DNA of 64,000 nucleotides from an uncultured Alphaproteobacteria bacterium (lineage in GTDB: Bacteria > Pseudomonadota > Alphaproteobacteria > Rhizobiales > Xanthobacteraceae): assembly GCA_963696845.1 (NCBI GenBank), contig CAVOLR010000011.1, positions 246,148 through 310,147 of the forward strand, written 5' to 3'. Shown one piece after another: positions 26,709 to 38,504 of the stretch. Positions within the stretch are counted from its first letter, which is position 1. Every line of letters begins with the position of its first letter. The notes under the pieces were generated by a model. That model did no database searches, was not told the DNA's origin, and saw only the letters and a list, made by a program, of their open reading frames with translations. The position numbers and the translations under genes were made by a program.

Positions 26709-27679
26709 ATGAATCGTCGGGAGTTCATTGCGGGAAGCCTCGCGCTGTCGGCCGCGGGCATGGCCGGTGCGGCATCGGCCGAATCCGGCCCGCTGACCAG
26801 GATCATCTTTCCCTTCGCGCCGGGCGGCAGCGGCGACATGCTGTGCCGACTGCTGGCGAATTATTTCCCGGCGCATGCTCGACCGCAGCGTCATCGTCGA
26901 GAACCGCACCGGCGGCGACGGGCTGATCGGCATCCGCGCGGTGAAGGGCGCGAGCCCGGACACCACGACTGTTCTGGTGACGACCGGTCCGACCATGTAT
27001 CTGCTGCCGATGGTGGAGAACCAGCCGAGCTTCAATTCGGCGAAAGATTTCGTGCCGGTCTCGCAGCTCGCGCGTTTCGAATTCGTGGTGGTCGTCAGTC
27101 CGTCGATCGGCGTGACCGACTTCAAGCAACTGGTGGCATGGATCAAGGCCAATCCCGCCAAGGCCAGCTACGGCGTGCCGTCGAGCGGCACCATTCCGCA
27201 TTTCACCGGCTTCCAGATCGAAAAGGTGCTTGGCCTGTCCATGACCCGCGTGCCCTATCGCGGCTCGGCGCCGATCATCACCGATCTCCTCGGCGGCAAC
27301 CTGCCCTTTGCGGTGACGACGCTGTCGGACACGATCACGCAGCATCGCTCCGGCGGCATCAGGATCGTCGCGGTGAGCGGGCCGACGCGCTCGCCGTTCC
27401 TGTCCGACGTGCCGACCTTGAAGGAGGCCGGCGTCGATATCGTCGCCGACGGCTGGTACGGCATGTGGCTGCCCGCGGGCAGCCCGCCCGACTTCGCGAA
27501 GAAGCTGAGCGCCGCGGCGGCCGAGGTGCTGGCGAAGCCCGAGGTGAAGGAGAAGCTGAGCGCGAGTCACGCTCATTCCGGTCGGCTCGACGCCGGAGGA
27601 TCTCACCAAGGCGCTCGCCACCGACACCGCATTCTGGCAGCCGATCGTGAAAGCGACCGGCTACAAGATCACCAACTAG
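26709..27679 (+). CDS. Bug/TctC tripartite tricarboxylate transporter substrate-binding protein (frameshifts)
   Basis: Tat-like NRREF, IFPFAPGGSGD, VENRTGGDG, VPYRGSAP. Confidence 0.85.
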
Positions 27680-27759
27680 CATACTTGTTACCAACAAGCG
27701 TCCTCGCCGATGATGGCGCGGGCGAACAGTCAATAAGAAGAATTAGGGAGGGCGCCACG

Positions 27760-28725
27760 ATGCGGCTGTTTTACGGGATCATCGCGACTGCGTTATTGCT
27801 GACCGGCGCGGCGCCATCATGGGCGGAAGGATATCCGACCCGGCCGGTGCGCATCGTCGTCGGTTTCCCGGCCGGCGGCCCGACCGACGTCATCGCGCGT
27901 CTCGTTGCCCAACACCTTTCCGACAGTCTCGGTCAGCAATTCGTGGTCGAGAACATGCCCGGCGCGGGCGGCAATACCGCGTCCGGCAGTGTCGCGCGCG
28001 CGACCCCCGATGGCTACACCATCATGGCGATCTCGACCGGCTTCATGGTGAACCCCAGCCTTTACGCCAAGGTGCCGTACGATCCGATCAAGGATTTTGC
28101 GCCGATCACGCTGGTGGCGGCCTCGCCCAACGTCGTGGTGGTCAACCCGCAGGTGCCGGCGAAGACGCTGCCCGAGCTCGTGAAGCTGATCCAGGACAAT
28201 CCCGGCAAATACAGCTATGCCGGCCCCGGCGTCGGCTCGACGCCGCATCTCGGCGGCGAGCTGTTTCGCCTGACCTACAAGCTCGACCTCGTGCACGTGC
28301 CCTTCACCGGCGCCGCACCCGCCGTGCAGGCGACCATCGGCGGCCACACGCCGATCGCCTTCACCGCGCTGCCGTCGTCGATGTCGGCGATCCAGGCCGG
28401 CCAGGTGCGCGCGATCGGCATCGCCGCCACCGAGCGCTCGCCGCAGATTCCCGATGTGCCGACCTTTGCCGAAGAGGGCGTGAAGGATCAGGAGGCGGAT
28501 ACGCTGACCGGCATCGTCGCCCCGGCGGCGACGCCGAAGGAGATCGTCGCGCTGCTCGCACGCGAGATTGCCAAGGGCGTCGCGCAGCCCGAGGTCAAGG
28601 CGCGGCTTGCGGCGCTGGGCTTCCGGCCGGTCGCCAATACGCCCGACGAGTTCGCCGCGCGCATCAAGCTCGAGATCGACAAATGGGGCAAGGTGGTGCG
28701 CGACGCCAATCTCAAGATCGAGTGA
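27760..28725 (+). CDS. Bug/TctC substrate-binding protein
   Basis: YPTRPVRIVVGFPAGGPTD, VENMPGAGG, KWGKVVRDANLKIE; own RBS GGGAGG. Confidence 0.9.
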   Translation: MRLFYGIIATALLLTGAAPSWAEGYPTRPVRIVVGFPAGGPTDVIARLVAQHLSDSLGQQFVVENMPGAGGNTASGSVARATPDGYTIMAISTGFMVNPSLYAKVPYDPIKDFAPITLVAASPNVVVVNPQVPAKTLPELVKLIQDNPGKYSYAGPGVGSTPHLGGELFRLTYKLDLVHVPFTGAAPAVQATIGGHTPIAFTALPSSMSAIQAGQVRAIGIAATERSPQIPDVPTFAEEGVKDQEADTLTGIVAPAATPKEIVALLAREIAKGVAQPEVKARLAALGFRPVANTPDEFAARIKLEIDKWGKVVRDANLKIE

Positions 28726-28773
28726 GCCAGGCTACGCTTTCCGATTTCGAGGACGCGATCCGAAATTTCCAGA

Positions 28774-29625
28774 TCAGGCCTTTTGCCCCGATCCGATCTT
28801 GAAGGCGACCGGAATCACGAGCCCGGCTCGGTGTGCGATAGGCCGCCGCACGCCGCTCCAGGGACGCCCGGATGGCCGCCTGTGTTGCGGCGTCCTGGAT
28901 GGACGATCGCCGACGCGGTCACCGCAAAGCTCCCGAGACCGCCGCGCCAGCAGCGTGTCGACATCGGCGATCGCGTAAGTCGTCGCGTGGTCCTCGACCC
29001 TGACATCGTCCAGGCCTGCGCCGACCAGCAGCTTGCGAAACTCCGCGGTGTCGGAAAATCTCAAGTTCGAATGTCCGGCCGGCACATCGGGCGGCGGCGC
29101 TATGCCGACTTCCGCGATCGCCTCGCGAAACAGTCCCTGGATGCGCTGCTTGTCGGGCTGGTCCCACCAGGAAAAAGCCATGCGGCCGCCGAGCCTTGAG
29201 CGCGCGCCGGCATTCGGCGACCGCAGCCTCGGGCCAGGGAAAATGCCCCAGGCCGAAATTGCACACGACCGCATCGAAAGACCCTTCGGCGAAGGGGAGG
29301 TGCTCGACCTCGGCGACCCGGAAATCGATGTCCGGATGCGACGACCGCGCCAATCGCGATCATTCCCGGCGACAGATCGACGCCAATGCAGGCAGCGCCG
29401 AGACCTCTGGCTTTCGCCGCGACCGATCCGGGTCCGGTTGCAATGTCGAGCAGGTTCGATCCTGCGCCGGCGCCGGCCGCATCGAGCAGAGGCTGAATTG
29501 CGAGCGCCGTGATCGGCGTGAAAAAGTCATGATAGGTCGCAGCGAGGCTGTCGTGGCGCTCGACGCTCGAAGCGGCGCAGGCGTTCGGCATCATGCGCGG
29601 AAAGGGGATCGCTTGCATTGGCCAT
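28774..29625 (-). CDS. Class I SAM-dependent methyltransferase (several frameshifts)
   Basis: LLDIATGPG, GVDLSPGM, LPFAEGSFDAVVCNFG across frames. Confidence 0.8.
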
Positions 29626-29725
29626 GAAAAAACTCCAACGGAGTACGCGAGCGTCGCGGGCTTTGGCGCGCTACCGGCGACGATTCAAGCGGACAATCGC
29701 TGCGGCAGCAGCCGCCAGCGTTGCG

Positions 29726-30187
29726 CTAATGAACCGGATCCAGCATGACCACCGGGATCTCGCGGTCGGTCTTGAGCGCATAGTCGGCGTAGGGCGGCCA
29801 GAATTCGAGCGCCTTTTTCCAGAGCCGGCCGCGTTCCTCGCCCGCGACCGTCCTGGCCCGCGCCTTCAGCTTCTTGGTCCCGACCTGCACCTCGACGTCG
29901 GGGTTCGCGAGGATGTTGCGATACCAGCCGGGGTGTTCGGGCGCGCCGCCTTTCGAGGCGACGACGAAGTAACTGTCGCCCTCCGTTCCGTAAAACAGCG
30001 GGAATATGAACTTGTCGCCGGACTTGCGGCCGGTGGTGGTCAAGAGCAGCGCCGGCGCCGTGATCTCACCGTGCTGGGGCAGCGTGACCTTGTACATGTG
30101 CCCCTCGGTTCCGCCGCTGGAAATATAGCTGTTCGCGTGCTTGAGCATCCAGTCCGGCAGGTTCGGAGCGAGTTTCGCTTCAGCCAT
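29726..30187 (-). CDS. Deazaflavin-dependent nitroreductase (DDN/F420H2 quinone reductase) family protein
   Basis: LLLTTTGRKSG, VVASKGGAPEHPGWYRNILANP, YADY..TDREIPVVML. Confidence 0.88.
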   Translation of the reverse strand: MAEAKLAPNLPDWMLKHANSYISSGGTEGHMYKVTLPQHGEITAPALLLTTTGRKSGDKFIFPLFYGTEGDSYFVVASKGGAPEHPGWYRNILANPDVEVQVGTKKLKARARTVAGEERGRLWKKALEFWPPYADYALKTDREIPVVMLDPVH

Positions 30188-30263
30188 CGTGTTCTCCTTC
30201 AAAGGTTGCGGGGACCATAGCATCGGGTACCGGATCGGCCAATCACGGCTGACGACAACGTGA

Positions 30264-31897
30264 TTATTGCGCCGACTGCGCGGCGATCCGGGCGCGGATC
30301 GCGGCAAGCTCCGCCTCGTCCCAGATGCCGATCAGGATGCCGCCCTTCACCTGCATCTGCTTGTCGGCGTAGGTCGCGATCTTCGCATTCGGCGTGGTGA
30401 TGTGCATCTTCGGATGCAGCGCCCAGTCGAACAGCGCGGCCTGCAGCCGCGCGATCACGTCCGCGCAAGCCGGGTCGTCGCCGCGATCGGCAAATTCCTG
30501 CGGATCGGTTTCCAGGTCATACAGCATTGGCCGGAAGCCGGAGGCATGAATGTATTTCCAGCGGCCGTCGAAGGCCATGAACAGCCGGCATTGCTCGATC
30601 GGCTGGTTCAGCTTCAGCCGCACGTCCTGCATGGAATAGTCGTATTCGGAGAAGGCGACCTTGCGCCAGGGCGGGTTCTCGCCGCGCAACAGCGGCATCA
30701 GCGAGCGGCCTTCCAGGATGTGATCCGGCGGCGTGCCGCCGAAATAATCGATGAAGGTCGGCGCGAGGTCGATGCCTTCGACCAGCGCGTCGCAAACGCT
30801 GCCGCGCGTCGCGTCCGACGACGCGGAGGGATCGATCACGATCAGCGGGATCTTCGCCGACTGCTCGTGGAACAGGTCCTTCTCGCCCATCCAGTGATCG
30901 CCGAGATAGTCGCCATGATCGGAGGTGAACACGATCATCGTCGACTCGGTGAGGCCGCGCTCGTCGAGGAAGCGCATCAACACGCCCATCTGGTCGTCGA
31001 TCTGCGTGATCAGGCCCATATAGGTCGGGATCACCTTCTCGCGGGCCTCGTCGCGCGACATGTTGCGGGAGTAGCGCATGTCCATATAGGCGGCGAACAC
31101 CGGATGCGCTTCCTGCCGCTCCTTCTCGGAACGGATCGCGGGCAGCACGTCCTTTGCGCCGTACATGCTGTCGTAAGGTTTTGGCGCGATATAGGGCCAG
31201 TGCGGCTTGATGTAGGACAGATGCAGGCACCACGGCCTGCCGTCGCCTTCGGCCTCGCATGATGAAGTCCATCGCGCGGCGCGTCATATAGGGCGTCTCG
31301 GACAGCTCTTCCGGAATCCGCGCGGCCTTGTCGGCATGCACCAAGCAGCCAGCCGTTCTGCAATTCGCCGTTGGCGTCGGCGCCGGAGTTGGCCCAGTGC
31401 TCCCAGGGATTGGGCGCGTCATAGCCCTGCTCGCGCAGATATGAATCGTAGCGCGGGCGCGGGCGGTTCGAGGGATGCAGGCCGTCGTCGCGCTCATAGG
31501 GCTCGAAGCCGCACTCGCTGACATGCACGCCGATGATGGAATCCGGCGCGATGCCGAGCGCCTTCAGTCCTTCGAGGTCGGGCGCCATGTGGGTCTTGCC
31601 GACCAGCACGTTGCGCACGCCGATGTTTTTCAGGTGATCGCCCAGGGTCGGCTCGCCGACGCGCAGCGGCCAGCCGTTCCAGTGCGAGCCGTGCGAGCGC
31701 ATGTAGCGGCCGGTGTAGAAACTCATCCGCGACGGGCCGCAGATCGGCGACTGCACATAGGCGTTGGAGAAGCGCACGCCGCGCTTCGCCATCGCGTCGA
31801 TGTTCGGGGTCTTCAGCGTGGGATGGCCGGTACAGCCCAGATAATCATAGCGAAGCTGGTCGCACATGATCCAGAGGACGTTTTTCGCACGCGGCAT
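30264..31897 (-). CDS. Sulfatase / phosphonate monoester hydrolase-like enzyme (frameshifts)
   Basis: NVLWIMCDQ, CGPSR formylglycine motif, GKTH, FTSDHGDYLGDHW. Confidence 0.88.
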
Positions 31898-31951
31898 GGT
31901 TCTTCCCGGTTAGAACAATGCTGCGATATCAGGCTGACAATGACAAGCGGC

Positions 31952-33076
<1,125 letters not shown>

Positions 33077-33140
33077 TCAAGGCCGTCGAGTTGTGAGGGC
33101 GCGGTATGCTATAGCTCTTGCTGCAGGGGAGCGTCAGACC

Positions 33141-34127
33141 ATGAGGCGACGCGATTTGCTCATCGGTACGGGACTGTCGGCCGCGGCATTGTCGATATCG
33201 CGGCGCACGCGGGCGGCCGACAGCGCGAAGCGCGTTGCAATCCTGATGGGGGTCGTAGACGACAAGGTCGGGCAAAATCGGGTCGCGGCCTTCCAGCTCG
33301 GCCTTCGTGAGTTCGGCTGGGAACAAGGCCGCAACGTTCACTATGAAGTCAGGTGGGGCGCAGGCGATGCCGCCCGCACGCGCGACTATGCGAAAGAACT
33401 GGTCGCGCTCAATCCCGATCTCATCCTGGCGACGAATACGCCGACCGCGCGGGCTCTGAAGCAGGCGACGGCAACGGTTCCGATCGTGTTCACCGGCCTC
33501 GCCGATCCCGTCGCTGATGGCATCGTGGTGAGCCATGCCAATCCCGCTGGCAACTTCACCGGATTTGTCAGCTTCAGTGCCGCGATCGCGGGCAAATGGT
33601 TGCAGCTCCTGAAAGAGGTCGCACCGTCTTCAACGCGAATTGCTGTTCTCTACAATCCCGACACCGCGCCCTACGCGATATTTTACCCGGTGATGGAGGC
33701 GATCGCGCCAAGCCTCGGCATGACGCTCGTTCGTTCGCCGGTCCGCGACAAGGAGGCCATTGAAAGCATCATCGGGGGATTGTCGGCTGAAGCCGGCGGG
33801 GCGCTCGCGATCATGCCGGATGTCTTTATGCTCCTGCACGGCAAGACCATCTTCGATCTCGCCATCAGCCATCGTTTGCCGTCGGTCAGCCCGCTGCGCC
33901 AGTTCGTCGCCGCAGGCAGCCTGGTCTCCTATGGCTCGAACTTCGACAAGCTGTTTCGGCAGGCGGCATCGTATGCGGACCGCATCCTCCGCGGCGAGAA
34001 GCCGGCAAATCTTCCGGTGCAGGAACCCACCGAATACGAGCTGATCGTCAACCTGAAGACCGCGAAGGCGATCGGATTGACCATGCCGGAAACCCTGCTC
34101 GGGCGCGCCGACGAGGTGATCGAATGA
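33141..34127 (+). CDS. ABC-type substrate-binding protein (ABC_sub_bind-like), array copy 1
   Basis: Tat-like MRRRD, DPV..G.V.S...P.GN.TG, GKWLQLLKE, DRILRGEKPANLPVQ, RADEVIE*. Confidence 0.88.
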   Translation: MRRRDLLIGTGLSAAALSISRRTRAADSAKRVAILMGVVDDKVGQNRVAAFQLGLREFGWEQGRNVHYEVRWGAGDAARTRDYAKELVALNPDLILATNTPTARALKQATATVPIVFTGLADPVADGIVVSHANPAGNFTGFVSFSAAIAGKWLQLLKEVAPSSTRIAVLYNPDTAPYAIFYPVMEAIAPSLGMTLVRSPVRDKEAIESIIGGLSAEAGGALAIMPDVFMLLHGKTIFDLAISHRLPSVSPLRQFVAAGSLVSYGSNFDKLFRQAASYADRILRGEKPANLPVQEPTEYELIVNLKTAKAIGLTMPETLLGRADEVIE

Positions 34128-35089
34128 GGCGGCGGGAATTTCTCGGGCTTGTTGGCGGCGCGGCAATCTTGCCGCATGTCGCGCGTGCGCAGCAGGGACG
34201 GATTTTCAAGATCGGGTTTGTCAGTTGGCAGGCGCAATCCGCCGAAAATCAGATCAAATATCTGCGCGAAGGCCTCGCGCAATTCGGCTATGTCGAGGGC
34301 CGCAACATCAACCTGGAGGCTTTCTTCAGCGACGGCGATCCGGAACGCACACGGGCCGCTTTGCGTGCCCTGATCGACAAGCAGGCCGACATCCTGATCG
34401 CACGCGTCAGTCCCGTCGCGCAGATCGCCAAGGAGATGACCCGGACAGTCCCGATCGTCATGCTCGCCGCCGACCCGGTCGCGACGGGCCTCGTTCCAAA
34501 TCTCTCACACCCCGACGCAAACCTGACCGGATTGTCGTTTGCGTCTCCCGACCTTGCCGGCAAGCGTCTCGAACTTGTTCGCGACATCAAGCCCGACATC
34601 AAGGCGATAGCGTTTCTCGGCTCCAAGCAAACCTCGACTGCGTCCTTTATTCGTGAGACGACCGAGGCCGCCAAGGTGATGGGGCTGAAGGTCGTGCTCC
34701 GTATTCTCGACAATCCGGAGCTGCTCGACCGCGCGGTGTTTGAGAGCATGAAAGCCGATGGCGCCGAGGCCGTGGTCGTGCAACCGCTCTTTGCGGGCCA
34801 GGAGGCCAAGATCGTAGACCTCGCGACGCAGTCGCGGGTTGCTGTCATCGGGGAATTTTCCGCCTTCGCGAGGGCGGGCGGGCTGTTCTCACTCGGCGTC
34901 GAGGAGACCGACGTCCTGCGGCGCGCAGCCTATTTCGTCGATCGCATCCTGAAGGGCGCAAAACCTGCTGACCTGCCGATCGAGCAGCCGACCGCCTTTC
35001 GTTTCACGCTCAATGTCCGCGCCGCCAAGGCGATCGGCTGGACCATCCCGCCGGCTGTGCTGTCCCGCGCCGACGAGGTGATCGAATGA
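34124..35089 (+). CDS. ABC-type substrate-binding protein, array copy 2
   Basis: MRRREFLG start with ATGA overlap; DRILKGAKPADLPIEQP; RADEVIE*. Confidence 0.88.
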   Translation: MRRREFLGLVGGAAILPHVARAQQGRIFKIGFVSWQAQSAENQIKYLREGLAQFGYVEGRNINLEAFFSDGDPERTRAALRALIDKQADILIARVSPVAQIAKEMTRTVPIVMLAADPVATGLVPNLSHPDANLTGLSFASPDLAGKRLELVRDIKPDIKAIAFLGSKQTSTASFIRETTEAAKVMGLKVVLRILDNPELLDRAVFESMKADGAEAVVVQPLFAGQEAKIVDLATQSRVAVIGEFSAFARAGGLFSLGVEETDVLRRAAYFVDRILKGAKPADLPIEQPTAFRFTLNVRAAKAIGWTIPPAVLSRADEVIE

Positions 35090-36069
35090 GACGGCGTGAA
35101 TTTCTTGGTGCGCTCGCAGGCGCTGTGGCATCGCCGCTTGCGGCGCGCGCGCAACAAACCGGCCGCAACAGGCGTATCGCCGCGTTGTGGCCGTTCAACG
35201 AGACCGATGCCGACGGACAGGCGGCGCTGACGGCGCTTCGCGATGGACTTCGGGGCCTGGGCTGGGGCGACGCCGTCATCGAAAGCCGCTGGGGCGGCGG
35301 CGACACCGAGCGCGCCGCGAGCTACGCCAGGGAGTTGGTGGCGCTTTCGCCTGAGGTCATCTTCGCCTACTTCAATGCGCAGCTCCGCCCGCTGTCGCGC
35401 GAGACCCGCAGCATCCCGATCGTTTTCGTTGGCGCATCCGATCCTGTCGGCGCCGGATACGTTGCAAGTCTTTCGCATCCCGGCGGCAACATTACCGGCT
35501 TCACGTTGTATGAGCCGACGCTCGCAGGCAAATGGCTCGGCGTTCTCAAGGAAACAACGCCGGCGCTCGCCCGCGTTGCCCTCCTGATCAACCCGGACAC
35601 CGCGGTGCTGCACGGAACGTTTTACACCGAGGCGCTGAAGACCGCGACATCAGCGCTCGGCGTCGAGTCCAGCGTCGCCAATGTCCATAACCCCCGGGAT
35701 ATCGAAGCCGTCATCGATGCGCTCGGAAAGCAGGCCGGCAGCGGACTGATCGTGGCGCCCGATACCTTCAGTGAAGTCAATGGCGATCTCATCGTCGCAC
35801 TCGCGGCGCAACATCGCGTGCCGGCGGTCTATGCCATCAGCCGCTTTGCCAAACGCGGCGGGCTGATGTCCTACGGACCGAACCTGCCCGATGCCATCAA
35901 ACGCGCGGCGACCTATGTCGATCGCATTCTGCGCGGCGAGAAGCCGGCCGAACTGCCGGTGCAGGCCCCGGTCAAGTTCGATCTCGTCGTCAACCTGAAG
36001 AGCGCGCGGGCGCTCGGCCTGACCATCCCCGAATCCTTTCTGCTCCGCGCTGACGAGGTCATCGAATGA
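35086..36069 (+). CDS. ABC-type substrate-binding protein, array copy 3
   Basis: MRRREFLG start with ATGA overlap; DRILRGEKPAELPVQAP; RADEVIE*. Confidence 0.88.
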   Translation: MRRREFLGALAGAVASPLAARAQQTGRNRRIAALWPFNETDADGQAALTALRDGLRGLGWGDAVIESRWGGGDTERAASYARELVALSPEVIFAYFNAQLRPLSRETRSIPIVFVGASDPVGAGYVASLSHPGGNITGFTLYEPTLAGKWLGVLKETTPALARVALLINPDTAVLHGTFYTEALKTATSALGVESSVANVHNPRDIEAVIDALGKQAGSGLIVAPDTFSEVNGDLIVALAAQHRVPAVYAISRFAKRGGLMSYGPNLPDAIKRAATYVDRILRGEKPAELPVQAPVKFDLVVNLKSARALGLTIPESFLLRADEVIE

Positions 36070-36089
36070 GGCGGCGGGAGTTCCTTGGG
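36066..36089 (+). pseudogene. Start stub (MRRREFLG) of a fourth SBP copy with no gene body
   Basis: ATGAGGCGGCGGGAGTTCCTTGGG overlaps the copy 3 stop exactly like the previous junctions; similarity ends and the convergent MaoC gene ends ~45 nt later. Confidence 0.75.
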
Positions 36090-36132
36090 CATCGGAGATA
36101 TCAGCCGATCGCAGACGGCGGCCGCCGGAGGA

Positions 36133-36624
36133 TCAGATCGAATAGCGCTCCGGCCGCTTCCTGATCAAAAACTTCTGCATGCCCTCCAGCACCAGCTCGC
36201 GGCGCTGGTTGTGCACGGTCGAGCGCAAGGTCACGACGCCGGTGATGCGGCCCGGCGTCAGCTCGGTGACTTCGAGCGCGGGATAGATGGTGTCGCCGGC
36301 ATAGACCGGCTTCAGGAACTTGCTCGACTGTTCGAGGAAGCCGATCAGCGACTCCTCGGTGAGGTAGGGAAACAGCCCGGCGCCGGGCGCGGTGTGCACC
36401 AGCGTCTGGAAACCGTGCGCGAGCAGATCGGGCATGCCGCGGGCGCGGCAATATTCCACGTCGTAGTGGATCGGATGGGTGTCGCCGCTGGCGAGCTGAA
36501 ACGCCGCGAACACCGCCGAGGTCTGGGTGCGGCTCGGGATCACGAAGCGCTCGCCGAGCACAAAATCCTCGAACCAGCGCTGCTGCGGCACCATGCGATG
36601 CTGGTGCGGATCGAACTCGGTCAT
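36133..36624 (-). CDS. MaoC-family dehydratase
   Basis: WFEDF, SGDTHPIHYD, AHG, KFLKPVYAGDTI. Confidence 0.88.
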   Translation of the reverse strand: MTEFDPHQHRMVPQQRWFEDFVLGERFVIPSRTQTSAVFAAFQLASGDTHPIHYDVEYCRARGMPDLLAHGFQTLVHTAPGAGLFPYLTEESLIGFLEQSSKFLKPVYAGDTIYPALEVTELTPGRITGVVTLRSTVHNQRRELVLEGMQKFLIRKRPERYSI

Positions 36625-36724
36625 GGCGGTGCCCTTGTCTGTCGAAGACCTATCGGTATCGCAGGGGTGCTGCCGCGGCAATCGGGCTTGCGTGGTGCCG
36701 CCGCGCCTTTAAAAGGGCGCGGCC

Positions 36725-37646
36725 ATGTCCCTGCTCGCCAAAATCTCCGACTCATACCGACGAACGCTCCGCGCGGCTCGCCGGCATCGGCCTGATGCTG
36801 TTCTCGATCTTCATGTTCTCGTTCGGCGACGCGCTCGGCAAATACATGGTCGCGACCTATGCGGTCGGGCAGTTGCTGTGGCTGCGCGCCTGCGCGGCGC
36901 TGCTGGTGCTGTCGCCGCTGATCTGGAAGCACCGCGCGGAGTTTCGTCCGCATGGAGCGGCCCAGGCTGCAGTTGTTGCGCGTCGATGCTGTCGACGCTC
37001 GAGGTCGCCGCCTTCTTCCTTGCCGTCGTCTACCTGCCGCTCGCCGACGTCATCACCTATTGGCTCGCCTGTCCGGTGTTCGTCACCGCGCTGTCGGCGA
37101 TATTCTTGCGCGAGCGCGTCGGCTGGCGGCGCTGGAGCGCGATCCTGATCGGCTTCCTCGGCGTCGTCATCGCGCTGCGGCCCTCGGCGCAGACGTTCAG
37201 CGGGCCGGCGATGATCGCGCTGGCCGGCAGCCTGTGCTTCTCGGTCTTGATGCTGATCACGCGCTCGCTGCGCGCCACGCCCGACATCGTGATGGCGTCG
37301 ACGCAATTCGTCGGCAGCTTCCTGCTGGGTGCGGCGATGTCGCCGTTCGGCTGGGTGACGCCGAGCTTGTCGAGTCTGGCGCTGTTCGCGATCGCCGGCT
37401 GCATCTCCGTCAGCGCGCTGCTTGTGCGTCAACCGCTCGCTGAAACTCGCGCCGGCAAGCGTGGTCGTGCCCTATCAGTATTCGATGATCATCTGGGCCG
37501 TGCTGTTCGGCCTGATCGTGTTCGGCGACGTGCCGTCCACCGCGACCATCGTCGGCGCCGCCATCATCATCGGCGCCGGGCTCTACATCTTCCTGCGCGA
37601 GCGCAAGCTCGGCCGCGAGGACAGCGCGGTCAATCCGCCGGCGTAA
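36725..37646 (+). CDS. DMT/EamA family transporter (frameshifts)
   Basis: LPLAD, FLRERVGWRRWSA, APASVVVPYQY, FGDVP. Confidence 0.85.
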
Positions 37647-37649
37647 CCT

Positions 37650-37782
37650 GTCGTCCGCAGCGAGCGAGCGAGCGCGATCCGGGACCCATAACCACTGTAC
37701 TTCGTAATGCAGCGCGGCTGGAGCCCAGCGCGGCGCAACGATGCAGCCTGTGGTTATGCCTCGCTTCCTCGCAATGACGAGT
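37650..37782. repeat. Degenerate REP-like repeat
   Basis: GGGACCCATAACCAC...GTGGTTATG inverted pair and CTCGCAATGACG end, between convergent genes. Confidence 0.5.
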
Positions 37783-37791
37783 GTGACGCAG

Positions 37792-38399
37792 CTACCCTCT
37801 CGCCTCGCCGCGCTCGCCCAGTTCTTCAGCGACGACCACACGCTGCGCGACAGGCGGAAGCAGTCGACCGGGCTCGACGAGCCCAGCGCCTCGAAGCGGT
37901 GCAGCTCGACGCCGGTCCACTGGAAGCCGCACTTCTCCAGGATGTTGCGCGACATCGGGTTGGCGACGCGGGCGCGGCCATGCAGCAGCTCGTGATCGAA
38001 CGCCTCGAAGAAATAGTCGATCAGCGCGCGCGCGGTTTCGGTCCCAAAACCCTGGCCCCAATGCTCGACGCCGAGCCAGTAGCCGATCTCGGCGAAATCC
38101 GGCTCGCGGAAGTGGATGCCGGCGGCGCCGACGGCCGCGAAATTATGTTCGATCAGGAACGCGACCTCGTTTTGCGTGTCGGCCACATGGCGCACGAAAT
38201 CGATCGCATGCTCCTCGGAATAGGGATGCGGCAGGCGTCTTGTATTCTCGGCAATGCGGCGATCGTTGGCGAGACGCGCGATTGCTTTTACGTCCGCGAG
38301 CGTCGGCCGGCGCAAGGTCAGCCGTTCGGTCTCGAGGACGCAAGGACACGCCTCGCGCAAGGTCGGGGTCGGGATATCCTGCAACATGTTGGGCTCCAT
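37792..38399 (-). CDS. GNAT (RimJ/RimL) N-acetyltransferase; true stop likely ~37792
   Basis: LETERLTLR, EIGYWLG..HWGQGFGTE, N..SRNILEKCGF. Confidence 0.88.
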
Positions 38400-38410
38400 C
38401 AGCGCATAAG

Positions 38411-38443
38411 AAAAAGGGAGGCCGGTTGTCCCGCCTCCCCTTC
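38411..38443 (-). terminator. Rho-independent terminator after rpmA
   Basis: AAAAAGGGAGGC...GCCTCCCCTT hairpin. Confidence 0.55.
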
Positions 38444-38504
38444 TGGAGCCTTGGTGAGCCCCGCCGGTTCGTCAGGATCCGGCGGACTCATATGTGTCCA
38501 CCGT

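Noticed and set aside
26875-28725. 616-aa double-Bug fusion protein
   Set aside because: Artefact of a frameshift near 27565. The first gene stops at 27679 and the second has its own RBS and signal peptide.
37410-37791. Long C-terminal extension of the GNAT protein
   Set aside because: It reads through a repeat and antisense into the DMT gene; probably a missed stop caused by an indel near 37795.
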